From positions 849 through 64,848 of the forward strand of contig CAYYFK010000002.1 of the NCBI GenBank assembly GCA_964471565.1: a DNA stretch of 64,000 nucleotides. Direction: 5' to 3'. Numbering within the stretch: the stretch's first letter is position 1; each line of letters starts with the position of its first letter. The notes under the pieces were generated by a model. It did no database searches and had not been told where the DNA came from. It saw nothing but the letters and a program-made list of their open reading frames with translations. The DNA is from Candidatus Woesearchaeota archaeon. Lineage in GTDB: Archaea > Nanobdellota > Nanobdellia > SCGC-AAA011-G17 > PNOQ01. This document shows positions 1 to 8,931 of the stretch, one piece after another. The position numbers and the translations under genes were made by a program.

Positions 1-268
1 GAATAAATAGTAGAGAAGGAATGCTCATCACACCAAAAGATCCGCTCAACTCGGGCTCATCTTGGGTATCAATCTTATAAATATCTATTTTCCCAGAATA
101 ATCCTTGGCCAATTCATCAATTATTGGGGAAAGCATTTTACAAGGCCCACACCAATCTGCATAAAAATCAATTATGGATGGTTTGTCTCCATTATATTTC
201 CATTCTTTATTCACAGAATAGTCAAAAATCTTTTCTCTAAATGATTCCTTTGTTAATTTTTTTACCAT
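1..268 (-). CDS. trxA: thioredoxin (partial; C-terminus lies beyond window start)
   Basis: Minus-strand translation from ATG at 268 gives MVKKLTKESF...DFYADWCGPCKML with the WCGPC active site; ends 4 nt upstream of the trxB stop. Not in ORF track because it is truncated. Confidence 0.8.
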   Translation of the reverse strand, partial: MVKKLTKESFREKIFDYSVNKEWKYNGDKPSIIDFYADWCGPCKMLSPIIDELAKDYSGKIDIYKIDTQDEPELSGSFGVMSIPSLLFI

Positions 269-272
269 TTTA

Positions 273-1208
273 TTATTTCCAATCTGTTGCGATTTCCTCC
301 CCTTTAATATATTTATATGATTCCAATCCGGCCTTTGCTCCTTCTCCAGCAGAAATAACCGTTTGCTTGTAGGGAACGGTTGAAACATCTCCTGCTGCAA
401 AAAAGCCAGGTTGAGATGTTCTACATCTATCATCAATTATTATTTCGTTCAATTTATTTCTTTTAACAAGATGTTTAATCCAATCTGTATCCAACTCATA
501 GCCAATTTCTACGAAAACACCATCAACTGCGAGTTCTTTTTTTTCTTTTGTTTTATTCTCTTCAATAGTAAGAGATTTAACAAATTTGTCTCCTTTAATC
601 TCTAGAGGGATATTGTTAGTTAGGATTTCAACATTTTTTAATTTTTTAACTTTTTCAACTGTGATTTCATCGGCCCTAAAATCTTCTCTCCGGTGAGTTA
701 AGTAAACCTTTTTGGCTATTTTACCCAATAATTCGGCGGCCTCAAGAGCAGAATTTCCTCCTCCAACAACAGAAACATTCTTATCGTGAAAAAATGGAGC
801 ATCACATGTAGCACAAGTACTAACTCCCTTGCCAAAAAATTTATCTTCTCCTGGGATGTCAAGTCTTCTGGCTGTTTTTCCAGAACCAAGTATAACCGCC
901 TTACTAGAATATATTTCTTTATCACTGGTTTCAATTTGGAATAAGTCTTTCTTTTTTTCTATCTTAGTAACTTTTTTTGTTATTAACTCTGCTCCAAATT
1001 TCTCTGCTTGAGATCTAAATTTGCTCATTAATTCTGGTCCAGGAATAAGTTCAAAACCAGGATAATTCTCAATATGGTCAGTCAATAAAGTTTGGCCTCC
1101 CCAATCTGGAGATAATATGGCTGTCTTTAATTTTTTTCTGCAAGTATATATCGCTGCCGTTAAACCAGCTGCTCCGCCACCAACTATTAAAACATCATAT
1201 GATTTCAT
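273..1208 (-). CDS. trxB: thioredoxin-disulfide reductase
   Basis: N-terminal FAD motif VLIVGGGAAGLTAAIY, redox-active CATCD, second GGGNSA NAD(P) motif; 311 aa is typical low-Mr TrxR. Confidence 0.85.
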   Translation of the reverse strand: MKSYDVLIVGGGAAGLTAAIYTCRKKLKTAILSPDWGGQTLLTDHIENYPGFELIPGPELMSKFRSQAEKFGAELITKKVTKIEKKKDLFQIETSDKEIYSSKAVILGSGKTARRLDIPGEDKFFGKGVSTCATCDAPFFHDKNVSVVGGGNSALEAAELLGKIAKKVYLTHRREDFRADEITVEKVKKLKNVEILTNNIPLEIKGDKFVKSLTIEENKTKEKKELAVDGVFVEIGYELDTDWIKHLVKRNKLNEIIIDDRCRTSQPGFFAAGDVSTVPYKQTVISAGEGAKAGLESYKYIKGEEIATDWK

Positions 1209-2290
1209 TTTTTTCTTTCCTCCACTCTTTTTACAGCAATTTCCATCGCTGCCTTTCTTGGTGAAATATTTTTTTTCTTTGATTTATCTAACATCTCTTT
1301 TGTATTTTCAGTTATATTCTTTTCCACTAACTTGAACATTTCTTCAGCAGTTCCATTTATAGTTTCAACATAAGAACTGATTACTCCTCCAGCATTAGCT
1401 ACAAAGTCTGGAATAACTAAAATTCCTTTTCCATGGAACCCCTCTTCAATCTCTTCAGACATTGCTATATTGCTCCCACAAACAACTAATTTAGCTTTTA
1501 CAGAATCTTTGTTATTTTCATTAATTAAATCTGGGATTGCTGCAGGAACTAAGATATCTACATCTAATGAAACAATCTCTTCAGATTTCAATTTTTTTCC
1601 ACCAGTGTAGTTTACTACGGAACCAGTTTCTCCCTTAATTCGCATTAATTCTTTATAATTTAATCCTTCTTCACTAAAGATGGTTCCTTTTGAATCTGAA
1701 ACAGCAACAACGCTTATTCCTTTTTCTTCCAAAAATTTCATAACAAAAGTTCCAACATTTCCAAAACCCTCTATTGCAACTTTAGGATTTTTTAGATCAA
1801 TATAATTAAAAGCAGTCAATAGGGCCTGATAGGTTCCAAAACCAGTACTTCCTAATTCATGAGGCAATCCTCCAAGCTCCTTAGGTTTTCCAGTAGCCGA
1901 ATTTTTATTACCATTTGCCTCAACTAAAACTTGCATTTCATGTTCTGCCATATTCATATCTGGTCCAGCGATATATTCAGAAGGTGCTAAATTTTTTAGA
2001 GATTTTCCAAATGAAGCAACAATACTATCTTTTTGTTCTTGAGTTAATTCCTTATCATTTGCAATTATGCCAGACTTTGCACCACCAAATGGAATTCCAG
2101 CCAGAGCATTTTTCCAAGTCATGGTCTCTGCCAATTTATAAACTTCTTCAACATCTACAGAGGAAGTCATTCTTATTCCTCCTTTACCAGGGCCCAAATT
2201 AGTATTATGGATTACAGTAATCCCTTTCATTCCAGTCTCAGGATCATAAACCTGAATAATTTTCTCAGGCCCAAATTTATCATATTTCAT
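1205..2290 (-). CDS. Glu/Leu/Phe/Val dehydrogenase family protein (short GDH-like)
   Basis: GGAKSGI catalytic-lysine motif and a GFGNVG Rossmann motif; 361 aa is shorter than canonical GDH; ATGA overlap with trxB. Confidence 0.7.
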   Translation of the reverse strand: MKYDKFGPEKIIQVYDPETGMKGITVIHNTNLGPGKGGIRMTSSVDVEEVYKLAETMTWKNALAGIPFGGAKSGIIANDKELTQEQKDSIVASFGKSLKNLAPSEYIAGPDMNMAEHEMQVLVEANGNKNSATGKPKELGGLPHELGSTGFGTYQALLTAFNYIDLKNPKVAIEGFGNVGTFVMKFLEEKGISVVAVSDSKGTIFSEEGLNYKELMRIKGETGSVVNYTGGKKLKSEEIVSLDVDILVPAAIPDLINENNKDSVKAKLVVCGSNIAMSEEIEEGFHGKGILVIPDFVANAGGVISSYVETINGTAEEMFKLVEKNITENTKEMLDKSKKKNISPRKAAMEIAVKRVEERKK

Positions 2291-2292
2291 TT

Positions 2293-2544
2293 TTACTCCT
2301 TTACAATTTCCTTTTCTTTTAAAAGGGCATCAATTTTCTCCTTGTTGAAACCAATTACAATTTTTTCACCTATTTCTAAAACAGGTACTCCCATTTGTCC
2401 AGATTTTTCAACCATCTCTTGAGCCTTCTCCTTATTGCTTCCAACATCTATCTCTTCAAATTCTATTCCTTTCTCTTTCAAGTATTCTTTGACCATAACA
2501 CAATATGGGCATGTTTCTGTTGAATATACTATTACTTTTTCCAT
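2293..2544 (-). CDS. glutaredoxin-like protein
   Basis: 83 aa with CPYC active site and GVP..V...I glutaredoxin fold signature. Confidence 0.75.
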   Translation of the reverse strand: MEKVIVYSTETCPYCVMVKEYLKEKGIEFEEIDVGSNKEKAQEMVEKSGQMGVPVLEIGEKIVIGFNKEKIDALLKEKEIVKE

Positions 2545-2553
2545 TTTTCCCTC

Positions 2554-2844
2554 CTAGCAAGTACATGTTTTATACTTTCTTAAATGTTTTTTCACATCAT
2601 TAAGAATGGGATCAATTGTATCTTTGTTTAATGAATATATCCTCTGTTTTCCTTCTTTTTCCATTGTAACAAAACCATTTCTCTCTAAACATTGAAGATT
2701 ATGACTAACCCTGCTTTGTTCCATTCTTAATTCTTTTGTGATTTGACTAACATTTTTAGAGTTTTCCTTTAAACATAATACAATACTCATTCTTGTTTCA
2801 TTGCATAATGTTTTAAAAAAACCAATATATGTTAAATCAATCAT
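2554..2844 (-). CDS. ArsR/SmtB-family HTH transcriptional regulator
   Basis: 96 aa with winged-HTH pattern (CNETRMSIVLCL...SQITKELRMEQSRVSHNLQCLERNGFV). Confidence 0.6.
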   Translation of the reverse strand: MIDLTYIGFFKTLCNETRMSIVLCLKENSKNVSQITKELRMEQSRVSHNLQCLERNGFVTMEKEGKQRIYSLNKDTIDPILNDVKKHLRKYKTCTC

Positions 2845-2885
2845 ATGATAAGAACATCATATGTTATATATAAAGCTTTCTAAAA

Positions 2886-4340
2886 TTATTTAATTTTTCC
2901 AAAAGCCAAATCCCCAGACAGTAAGTCTCTCATGATATTTTTTAACTCAGAAATTTTAACTCTGACTTGGCTCATTGTAGAAATTTCTCTTATTGTAACA
3001 TCTTTATTTTTCAGAGAATCATGATCAACAGTAATACAAAAACTAGTTCCAACCTCATCCATTCGCCTATATCTCCTACCAATGCTACCAGAACTATCAT
3101 AAACACAAACAAATTCTTTATCTAACTCATCAAAAACATCCTTTGCTAAACCATCTATATTATCTTTTTTCATTAAAGGAAATACTGCCACATCAATTGG
3201 GGCCATTCCCTTTTCAAAACCCAGCCAATCTCTTTTTTTATCATCAATCAGGGAATTTTCTAATAAAGCATATGTGGTTCTTTCTAAACCAAATGCAATT
3301 TCTAAAATTGTAGGATATTCTCCAGATACATTCATCTTTGTTTTAGAAAATTCAGAATGTCTTTTTAAATCATAATCGGTTCTATCATGAACTCCACACA
3401 ATTCAAACCAACCATATCTATCAGTATTAACCTCAATATCCCATGCATCATTTGCATAATGTACTAATTCGTGGGGATTGTGCTGTCTTATTCTAATTTT
3501 TTTCTCATCAAAGCCCATCCCCCTTACTAAATCATAAGCAACGTGAATCATAAATGCATAAGCTTCCTTCTTTAGATATTTTTTCTTTACAGTATCCCCA
3601 AGTTTAACTTTTTGTATCCTTTTAGAACCATATTTCATCAAAGGAAGACTATTTTTTCCAAACTCTTTAAATTTTTCATAATTTTTTATTTGTTCCTTTA
3701 GAATAAATAATTGAGATTCCGCTTGAGTAAATTCTCTAGTTCTAAAAACTCCCTGTCTGGGACTAATTTCATTTCTATACGCCTTTCCAATTTGAAAAAC
3801 TCCAAAGGGCAATTTCGTTCTAAAGAACCGATAGAATTCTGGAAAAAGTAGGTATGTTGTTGTAGCAGTTTCTGGTCTTAAAAATACCTCTTGATTTAAA
3901 CCAACATTAGTTTTCATCATTAAATTACGTTTTTCAACATTATCAAAACTTCCCTTGCCACAAGCTGGACATTTTATTTTTCTCTTTTTTAGAAGTGCTT
4001 TTAATTTTTTAGGATCAAGATCTTCAACATCTTCCATTAAGTGATCTACTCTATAAGCCGCTTCACATTTAGTGCAATAAGTAACATAATCAACTAACCC
4101 ATCCATATGCCCAGAAGCTTCCCAGACTGCTCTTGGCATTACGCTAGGACATTCAACTTCCCAGAAGCCAAAGCCCATAAATCCTTTCCTTAAAACATTC
4201 TCAACTTTATTTTTTAATAATTTTCCAAGAGGTCCCCAATCATAAAAACCAGCTAAGCCTCCGTTATATATATTTGGACTAGGTCCCCAAACGAAACCCC
4301 TTCTTTTTGCCAAATCTAAAACTTTATCATCAACTTTCAT
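2886..4340 (-). CDS. glyS: glycyl-tRNA synthetase (archaeal/eukaryal alpha2 type)
   Basis: N-terminal RRGFVWGPSPNIYNGGLAGFYDWGPLG motif typical of alpha2 GlyRS; class II core motifs. Confidence 0.8.
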   Translation of the reverse strand: MKVDDKVLDLAKRRGFVWGPSPNIYNGGLAGFYDWGPLGKLLKNKVENVLRKGFMGFGFWEVECPSVMPRAVWEASGHMDGLVDYVTYCTKCEAAYRVDHLMEDVEDLDPKKLKALLKKRKIKCPACGKGSFDNVEKRNLMMKTNVGLNQEVFLRPETATTTYLLFPEFYRFFRTKLPFGVFQIGKAYRNEISPRQGVFRTREFTQAESQLFILKEQIKNYEKFKEFGKNSLPLMKYGSKRIQKVKLGDTVKKKYLKKEAYAFMIHVAYDLVRGMGFDEKKIRIRQHNPHELVHYANDAWDIEVNTDRYGWFELCGVHDRTDYDLKRHSEFSKTKMNVSGEYPTILEIAFGLERTTYALLENSLIDDKKRDWLGFEKGMAPIDVAVFPLMKKDNIDGLAKDVFDELDKEFVCVYDSSGSIGRRYRRMDEVGTSFCITVDHDSLKNKDVTIREISTMSQVRVKISELKNIMRDLLSGDLAFGKIK

Positions 4341-4377
4341 ATTTCTTTAGAATTAGTATCATTTTTATAACTTTTGC

Positions 4378-4752
4378 TTAGAGTTCACTATCAATAATAT
4401 TAGAAAGAGAAGATATTACTTTTTTTAGCAATAATTTGTTTTCAATAGAATCTCTTAAGATTTTTAAATTCTCTATAGATTCATCCAAACTTTTCCAAAT
4501 TCTCTCTTGCCTTAAATCTCTTTTTTCAGCCCATTCTACATAGTCTCCATCAGCTTTAAAATCAAGGCAGGCCTTATCTTCAAATCCCTCTGGAACAGAG
4601 AAAACATAGACAGATTCATCAAATTCCCACCTTTCCTTTAATTTATAGCCAGTACGTATGCTTAGTAATTCAGAGATACCAGCCACACTAGAATATTTAT
4701 CACTCGGACTAACTATAATCTCTCCAGCAGAGTATTCTGGAATATGGGCCAT
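4378..4752 (-). CDS. hypothetical protein
   Basis: 124-aa ORF in operon orientation with flanking genes; no recognisable motif. Confidence 0.4.
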   Translation of the reverse strand: MAHIPEYSAGEIIVSPSDKYSSVAGISELLSIRTGYKLKERWEFDESVYVFSVPEGFEDKACLDFKADGDYVEWAEKRDLRQERIWKSLDESIENLKILRDSIENKLLLKKVISSLSNIIDSEL

Positions 4753-4776
4753 AAAAAAGAGAGTGCAAAATTTCTT

Positions 4777-5433
4777 TTAAATCTTACTAATATCTCTTAA
4801 AGAAACAATACCTTTTCCTTCCAGTCTTGGGCAACAAGTATTAACCCATACTTCAATATCATTAAAATCTTCCAATCTATTTACATCTATTTCATTTGCA
4901 ATAAAAACATAAGATTCTTTTCCACAAGTTTCTTTGAATTTTAGGGCAGCCTTTAATGAATTTTGTCCAGGCTTTGTAGAAACAATTATCCCAATCTTAT
5001 CTGCCATTAAATATTTGGAAATTTTAGCTTTACGTCTTTTTTCCAATAATTCTAATTCTGATTCAGCAAATTTTGAAAATTTTTCAGTCACAGGATTCAA
5101 AAAATATAATTTCTTAATTTTAGTTGAATCTATTAATTCTAATGGATGAAACTCTCCACTCCCGATAAATAAAAAAGCACCTACTTTGTCCTTTAATTGA
5201 ATTGCTTTCCCAGCATTGCAACCAACCATTTGTCCAGCAATAAAAACCTTCTTTCCTTCCTTTTCTAAATATTTTTTAACATCATCTAAATATTTCACAA
5301 ACTGAATAGAGGAAACCAGGCCAATACTTTTTTCTTTAATTTTTATTTTTTTTAAGGATTTATCTATATTAATCTCATCAACTTCGGCTGGTACAAAAAC
5401 AGTCTTAATTCCTTGAATATTTCTTTCTTCCAT
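4777..5433 (-). CDS. dph2: Dph2-like diphthamide biosynthesis radical-SAM enzyme, N-terminally truncated two-domain form
   Basis: Recalled similarity to Pyrococcus Dph2 from about residue 100 onward: VGCNAGK, FIGSGEFHPLEL, GIIVSTKPGQ, CCPR; first Cys-bearing domain is missing. Confidence 0.6.
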   Translation of the reverse strand: MEERNIQGIKTVFVPAEVDEINIDKSLKKIKIKEKSIGLVSSIQFVKYLDDVKKYLEKEGKKVFIAGQMVGCNAGKAIQLKDKVGAFLFIGSGEFHPLELIDSTKIKKLYFLNPVTEKFSKFAESELELLEKRRKAKISKYLMADKIGIIVSTKPGQNSLKAALKFKETCGKESYVFIANEIDVNRLEDFNDIEVWVNTCCPRLEGKGIVSLRDISKI

Positions 5434-5957
5434 TATTTTTTCTTAATCTTACTAACTTCAGCTTTATCCGAAATTATAGCAGAGTTTCCAGAGGGATCCT
5501 CTATAACTATTTTCATAGGAAGATCCCCAAACTTTATTTTTCTTATTTTCTTCAATAAATTCTTAGCAGATTTCTTAACAGAGGGATCATCAGTATTATC
5601 TCTTTGTTCCTCAATCACTTTTTCAAATTTTTCAATAACTCCTTCAACATTAGAAATAAAACCGTCTGAACCTTCACCTGGCTCCATACTCATCCTCAAG
5701 GTAGGAACCTTAACCAAAGCATTGGATGATTTCACAACTCTAACTTTCATATCTTCTTCAGAAGTTGTTTCAAATGTGACCTTTACAGGATCTTTCTCCT
5801 CAACAGCTTCAATATCTGCCTTAGAAAATCCACAATCTTCACAACAGATACTAAAAACAAAAGTTTTCCCAAAATAAGGAACATCTATTTCTTTTTCCAT
5901 TAATGTTGCCTTTTTCTTCCCACAAACTGGGCAAGGCTGATTTTTTAATTCATCCAT
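5433..5957 (-). CDS. ZPR1-type zinc-finger protein
   Basis: CPVCG...PYFG...ICCEDCGF pattern of the ZPR1 zinc ribbon plus jelly-roll; stop overlaps the Dph2-like start. Confidence 0.65.
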   Translation of the reverse strand: MDELKNQPCPVCGKKKATLMEKEIDVPYFGKTFVFSICCEDCGFSKADIEAVEEKDPVKVTFETTSEEDMKVRVVKSSNALVKVPTLRMSMEPGEGSDGFISNVEGVIEKFEKVIEEQRDNTDDPSVKKSAKNLLKKIRKIKFGDLPMKIVIEDPSGNSAIISDKAEVSKIKKK

Positions 5958-5991
5958 AAAAAGAAAGAATAGAAAATGTTTATAAAATTAT

Positions 5992-6405
5992 TTATTCTTC
6001 ACTTATCATATCTTCAGGAGTACTTTCTACATGGCTACCTGTTCTGTAAACTCCTGCGAAACCAGGTGTAACAACAATCCAGTCTTCTCCGAAGCCAGCA
6101 ATATCTCCTTCAATTGCATCACAAGTCTTTTTTAGCTTGTTTATAGCTCTTTTTAGTTCTACAGGGTCTCTTTCACGCAAAGGTTTTATATTAACTAAAC
6201 TGATAGTATACCCCTCTCTCAAAGAATCTAAAACTGGTTTTATATCAGTAAAATCATCAAGCGTAAAAGGCCTAACAACAATCTTTGCCTTAGGATCTTT
6301 TGAAGCGGCAGTCTCTAACTGAACATAATCCTCATTGAATTCATCAGGAAACTCCTCCTCATATCCTCCTCCCGTTGTCTTAAATTTTGAAAAAAATTCC
6401 TTCAT
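5992..6405 (-). CDS. sepF: cell division protein SepF (FtsZ anchor)
   Basis: 137 aa; VVRPFTLDDFTDIKPVLDSLREGYTISLVNIKPL...DAIEGDIAGFGEDWIVVTPGF matches the SepF/DUF552 core pattern. Confidence 0.7.
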   Translation of the reverse strand: MKEFFSKFKTTGGGYEEEFPDEFNEDYVQLETAASKDPKAKIVVRPFTLDDFTDIKPVLDSLREGYTISLVNIKPLRERDPVELKRAINKLKKTCDAIEGDIAGFGEDWIVVTPGFAGVYRTGSHVESTPEDMISEE

Positions 6406-6450
6406 TTTTACCTCTTTTGATGGGTAGCTAATTAAAATTTATAAAGATTT

Positions 6451-6705
6451 CTATTGTGGAATGCTCTCTAATTTACTCACTATATCCCAAATCTGTGTTT
6501 TTATATGGATTGGGATATTGGCATCCTCACTTAACTCATCAAGATCCTGCAATGATCTATCAACCCTTAGAGAGACAGCACCCTCATTATTAACTAAATT
6601 ATCATAAACTTCTCTTAATTTACACTTAACAACCTTTGGAGAATTCTCATCACTATTCAACTCATCTAACAATTCAATAATCTCACTAAATAATTCATTT
6701 GTCAT
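6451..6705 (-). CDS. hypothetical small acidic protein (occupies the Pcc1/UPF0147 position downstream of prefoldin beta)
   Basis: 84-aa helical acidic protein; assignment by gene context only. Confidence 0.35.
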   Translation of the reverse strand: MTNELFSEIIELLDELNSDENSPKVVKCKLREVYDNLVNNEGAVSLRVDRSLQDLDELSEDANIPIHIKTQIWDIVSKLESIPQ

Positions 6706-7027
6706 TTTTTAAGGATTTCATAACCTCTTCTTGCAATGGCATAATCTCCTCCCTAAGTTTTTCCTCTTGCTTTTCAATTTCTTTCATTTTTTTATCAATA
6801 AGTTCTTTCTTATCTTCAAGTTCTTTAACCAACTTATCCTTTTCAGATTTAACAACAATCTGTCCAACGATTTTATAAACTTCTTCAGAACTCTTAGACT
6901 CATGTAGGGCATTATCTAATTCTAAAACTTGCCCCTGAAAGCTTTGTTTTTGCATAAGAAAATTTTGTAACTTTTGCTCCATCATTTGCAAATTAGCCAC
7001 TTTTTGTTGAGCATCATTTCCTTCCAT
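6695..7027 (-). CDS. pfdB: prefoldin beta subunit
   Basis: 110 aa coiled-coil with QQKVANLQMMEQKLQNF...QGQ pattern typical of prefoldin beta. Confidence 0.7.
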   Translation of the reverse strand: MEGNDAQQKVANLQMMEQKLQNFLMQKQSFQGQVLELDNALHESKSSEEVYKIVGQIVVKSEKDKLVKELEDKKELIDKKMKEIEKQEEKLREEIMPLQEEVMKSLKNDK

Positions 7028-7029
7028 TT

Positions 7030-7167
7030 TTATTCCGCCTTAACCTTGACACTAAATGTTCGAGGTTTAAATAATATTTTTGAACCACAATATAGGCATC
7101 TAACCCGCTTTTTAACTATATCGCTTTTAACAATTTTTCCACAATTAAAACATTTATATTCTGCCAT
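7030..7167 (-). CDS. rpoP: DNA-directed RNA polymerase subunit P (Rpo12)
   Basis: 45-aa ORF MAEYKCFNCGKIVKSDIVKKRVRCLYCGSKILFKPR with the RpoP zinc ribbon; below ORF-track threshold; lies between L37ae and pfdB as in the archaeal exosome superoperon. Confidence 0.7.
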   Translation of the reverse strand: MAEYKCFNCGKIVKSDIVKKRVRCLYCGSKILFKPRTFSVKVKAE

Positions 7168-7168
7168 T

Positions 7169-7384
7169 TTATTCATCAAACGCGTAGGCCTTTCCAGCAA
7201 ATTTTACATTACAACTTTTACATTGCCAGATTCCAGCACTAACTCTCCTAACCTTATCTTTTAAACATTTTGGACAAGTATACTTCTTCTTTTGTTTAGC
7301 TTCTATCTTAGATAACTTCTGCTTAATTGGGCCACCATATCTGGCACCAAATCTTCCCGCACTTCCAACTTTTTTCTTTGCCAT
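7169..7384 (-). CDS. rpl37ae: ribosomal protein L37ae (eL43)
   Basis: MAKKKVGSAGRFGARYG...YTCPKC...WQCKSC zinc-ribbon pattern. Confidence 0.85.
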   Translation of the reverse strand: MAKKKVGSAGRFGARYGGPIKQKLSKIEAKQKKKYTCPKCLKDKVRRVSAGIWQCKSCNVKFAGKAYAFDE

Positions 7385-7446
7385 CGTTCTATTTAACTAG
7401 TAATTCTGTGTTAAATTTCCTTTTTTAAATGTTTCTATTAAAAAAA

Positions 7447-7519
7447 TGGGACTGCGAGGATTTGAACCCCGGTCTAGTGGCCCCAAACCACCAATGCTAC
7501 CAAACTACACCACAATCCC
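7447..7519 (-). tRNA. tRNA-Pro (anticodon TGG)
   Basis: Minus-strand GGGATTG acceptor pairs with CAGTCCC; anticodon stem GGTGG/CCACT, loop TTTGGGG (UGG, G37); T-arm CGGGG-TTCAAAT-CCTCG; discriminator A; no encoded CCA; TATA-like aaatttataat about 20 nt upstream. Confidence 0.8.
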
Positions 7520-7595
7520 AATTATAAATTTAGTGGAAATGTAACATTAATAAAGTTTACTAAAATTTTATAAGCTAAGATATAATGATAAAATT

Positions 7596-8219
7596 ATGGA
7601 TGAGAATACAACTCTTACAATAAAAGCTTACAATCAAACAGTTCCGGAGTATCATGAAAAAACAATTAGCTTATTGTCCAAAGAAGAAGCAAAAATTTTT
7701 AGAGAATATTTAGGAGACAATGCCTTAATTTTAGATCATGGTTCAGGTACGGGAAGAGATGCCAGGTTTTTTTCGGAAGCAGGATATAAAGTAACTGGTA
7801 TTGATTTATCACAAAAGATGGTTGATTTTGCTTCTACATTTGCACCAATGGTAGAGTTTAGAGTAATGGACATTAGAGATTTGGATTTTCCTGACGAAAG
7901 TTTTGATGGGGTATGGTCTGTTGCTTCATTATTACACCTGCCCAAATCAAATATACAAAAAGCATTAAAAGAAGCGTATAGAGTTTTGAAAAAAGGAGGA
8001 ATATTCTATTGTTCAGTTAAACAGGGAGAGGGAGAAGAGCTTATATCGGATAAAAGATATGGGGGAGAGATAAGAAAGTTTTATTCATACTTCCAACCAA
8101 ATGAACTAGAAAAACAGTTGCGTAAGGAAAATTTTGAAGTAATAAATATAGATATAGATGACTCCACCGGAGAGTATGCACAACATCCCTGGATTAATAT
8201 ATTCTCAAGAAAAAATTAA
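7596..8219 (+). CDS. class I SAM-dependent methyltransferase
   Basis: LDHGSGTGRD motif I, acidic motif II, 207 aa. Confidence 0.7.
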   Translation: MDENTTLTIKAYNQTVPEYHEKTISLLSKEEAKIFREYLGDNALILDHGSGTGRDARFFSEAGYKVTGIDLSQKMVDFASTFAPMVEFRVMDIRDLDFPDESFDGVWSVASLLHLPKSNIQKALKEAYRVLKKGGIFYCSVKQGEGEELISDKRYGGEIRKFYSYFQPNELEKQLRKENFEVINIDIDDSTGEYAQHPWINIFSRKN

Positions 8220-8226
8220 AAAAGAA

Positions 8227-8931
8227 TTATTTCTTTTCTTCCTCTTTAGGTTCTTCAGGCTTAACTTCTTCAGTTCCTTCAGCAGCAGGTTCTGTCCCTT
8301 CAGCAGGCTCTTCAGCCTTAGCTTCTTCCTCTTCTTTAGCTTTAGCTTCTTCCTCTTCCTTAGCCTTAGCTACCTCTGCCTGTTTCTTCTCCAAATCCCT
8401 AAACTCAGAATTTAATCTTTCTAATTTCTCAGAAGAAACCTCTGTAATCTCTTCGTTAATCTCTTTATCATATTTGCCTTCAGAAACTTCTTGAGAGGTT
8501 AATTTAGCTTCATTGCTTTCAACTAATAACCCCAAGCTTTGGCAACTACCTATAACCATTTTAACTGCAGATTTTAAATCATTAGCCAACATAGAATCTT
8601 TTTTCATTCTAGCAATTTTAACAATTTGTTCAATGGCTAGATTGCCAACTTTAGCATTGGCTTGATCTCCAGATCCTTTTTTAAGATTGATTTCAGTTTT
8701 AATTAACTCAGAAACAGAAGGACTTCCGACTTCAATTTCAAAACTTTTATCATCAGTTTCAACAATAACTTTAACTGGGACTTTCATTCCCTTGAAATCT
8801 TTAGTTTTTTCATTAATCTCTTCCAGAATAGCTTGAAGATTTACTCCAAGTGGTCCGAATGCCTTTCCCATTGCGGCACCAGCCGAAGCTTTTCCACCTT
8901 CAACAATAACATCAACAGTTTCTTTACTCAT
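8227..8931 (-). CDS. rpl11: ribosomal protein L11 (uL11) with about 90-aa acidic repetitive C-terminal extension
   Basis: Core GKASAGAAMGKAFGPLGVNLQ...IVKIARMK; C-terminal tail contains AKAKEEEE direct repeats; 234 aa versus about 160 aa typical. Confidence 0.8.
   Translation of the reverse strand: MSKETVDVIVEGGKASAGAAMGKAFGPLGVNLQAILEEINEKTKDFKGMKVPVKVIVETDDKSFEIEVGSPSVSELIKTEINLKKGSGDQANAKVGNLAIEQIVKIARMKKDSMLANDLKSAVKMVIGSCQSLGLLVESNEAKLTSQEVSEGKYDKEINEEITEVSSEKLERLNSEFRDLEKKQAEVAKAKEEEEAKAKEEEEAKAEEPAEGTEPAAEGTEEVKPEEPKEEEKK

Noticed and set aside
62-244. Plus-strand 60-aa ORF at window start
   Set aside because: The opposite strand encodes a bona fide thioredoxin (WCGPC) in the same interval; the plus ORF is low-complexity read-through.
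8158-8415. Antisense and low-complexity ORFs inside well-supported genes (also 9904..10308, 26070..26453, 32614..32949, 59377..60132, 53420..53656 and others)
   Set aside because: They lie opposite or out of frame to genes with strong motifs and have biased composition typical of AT-rich antisense frames.
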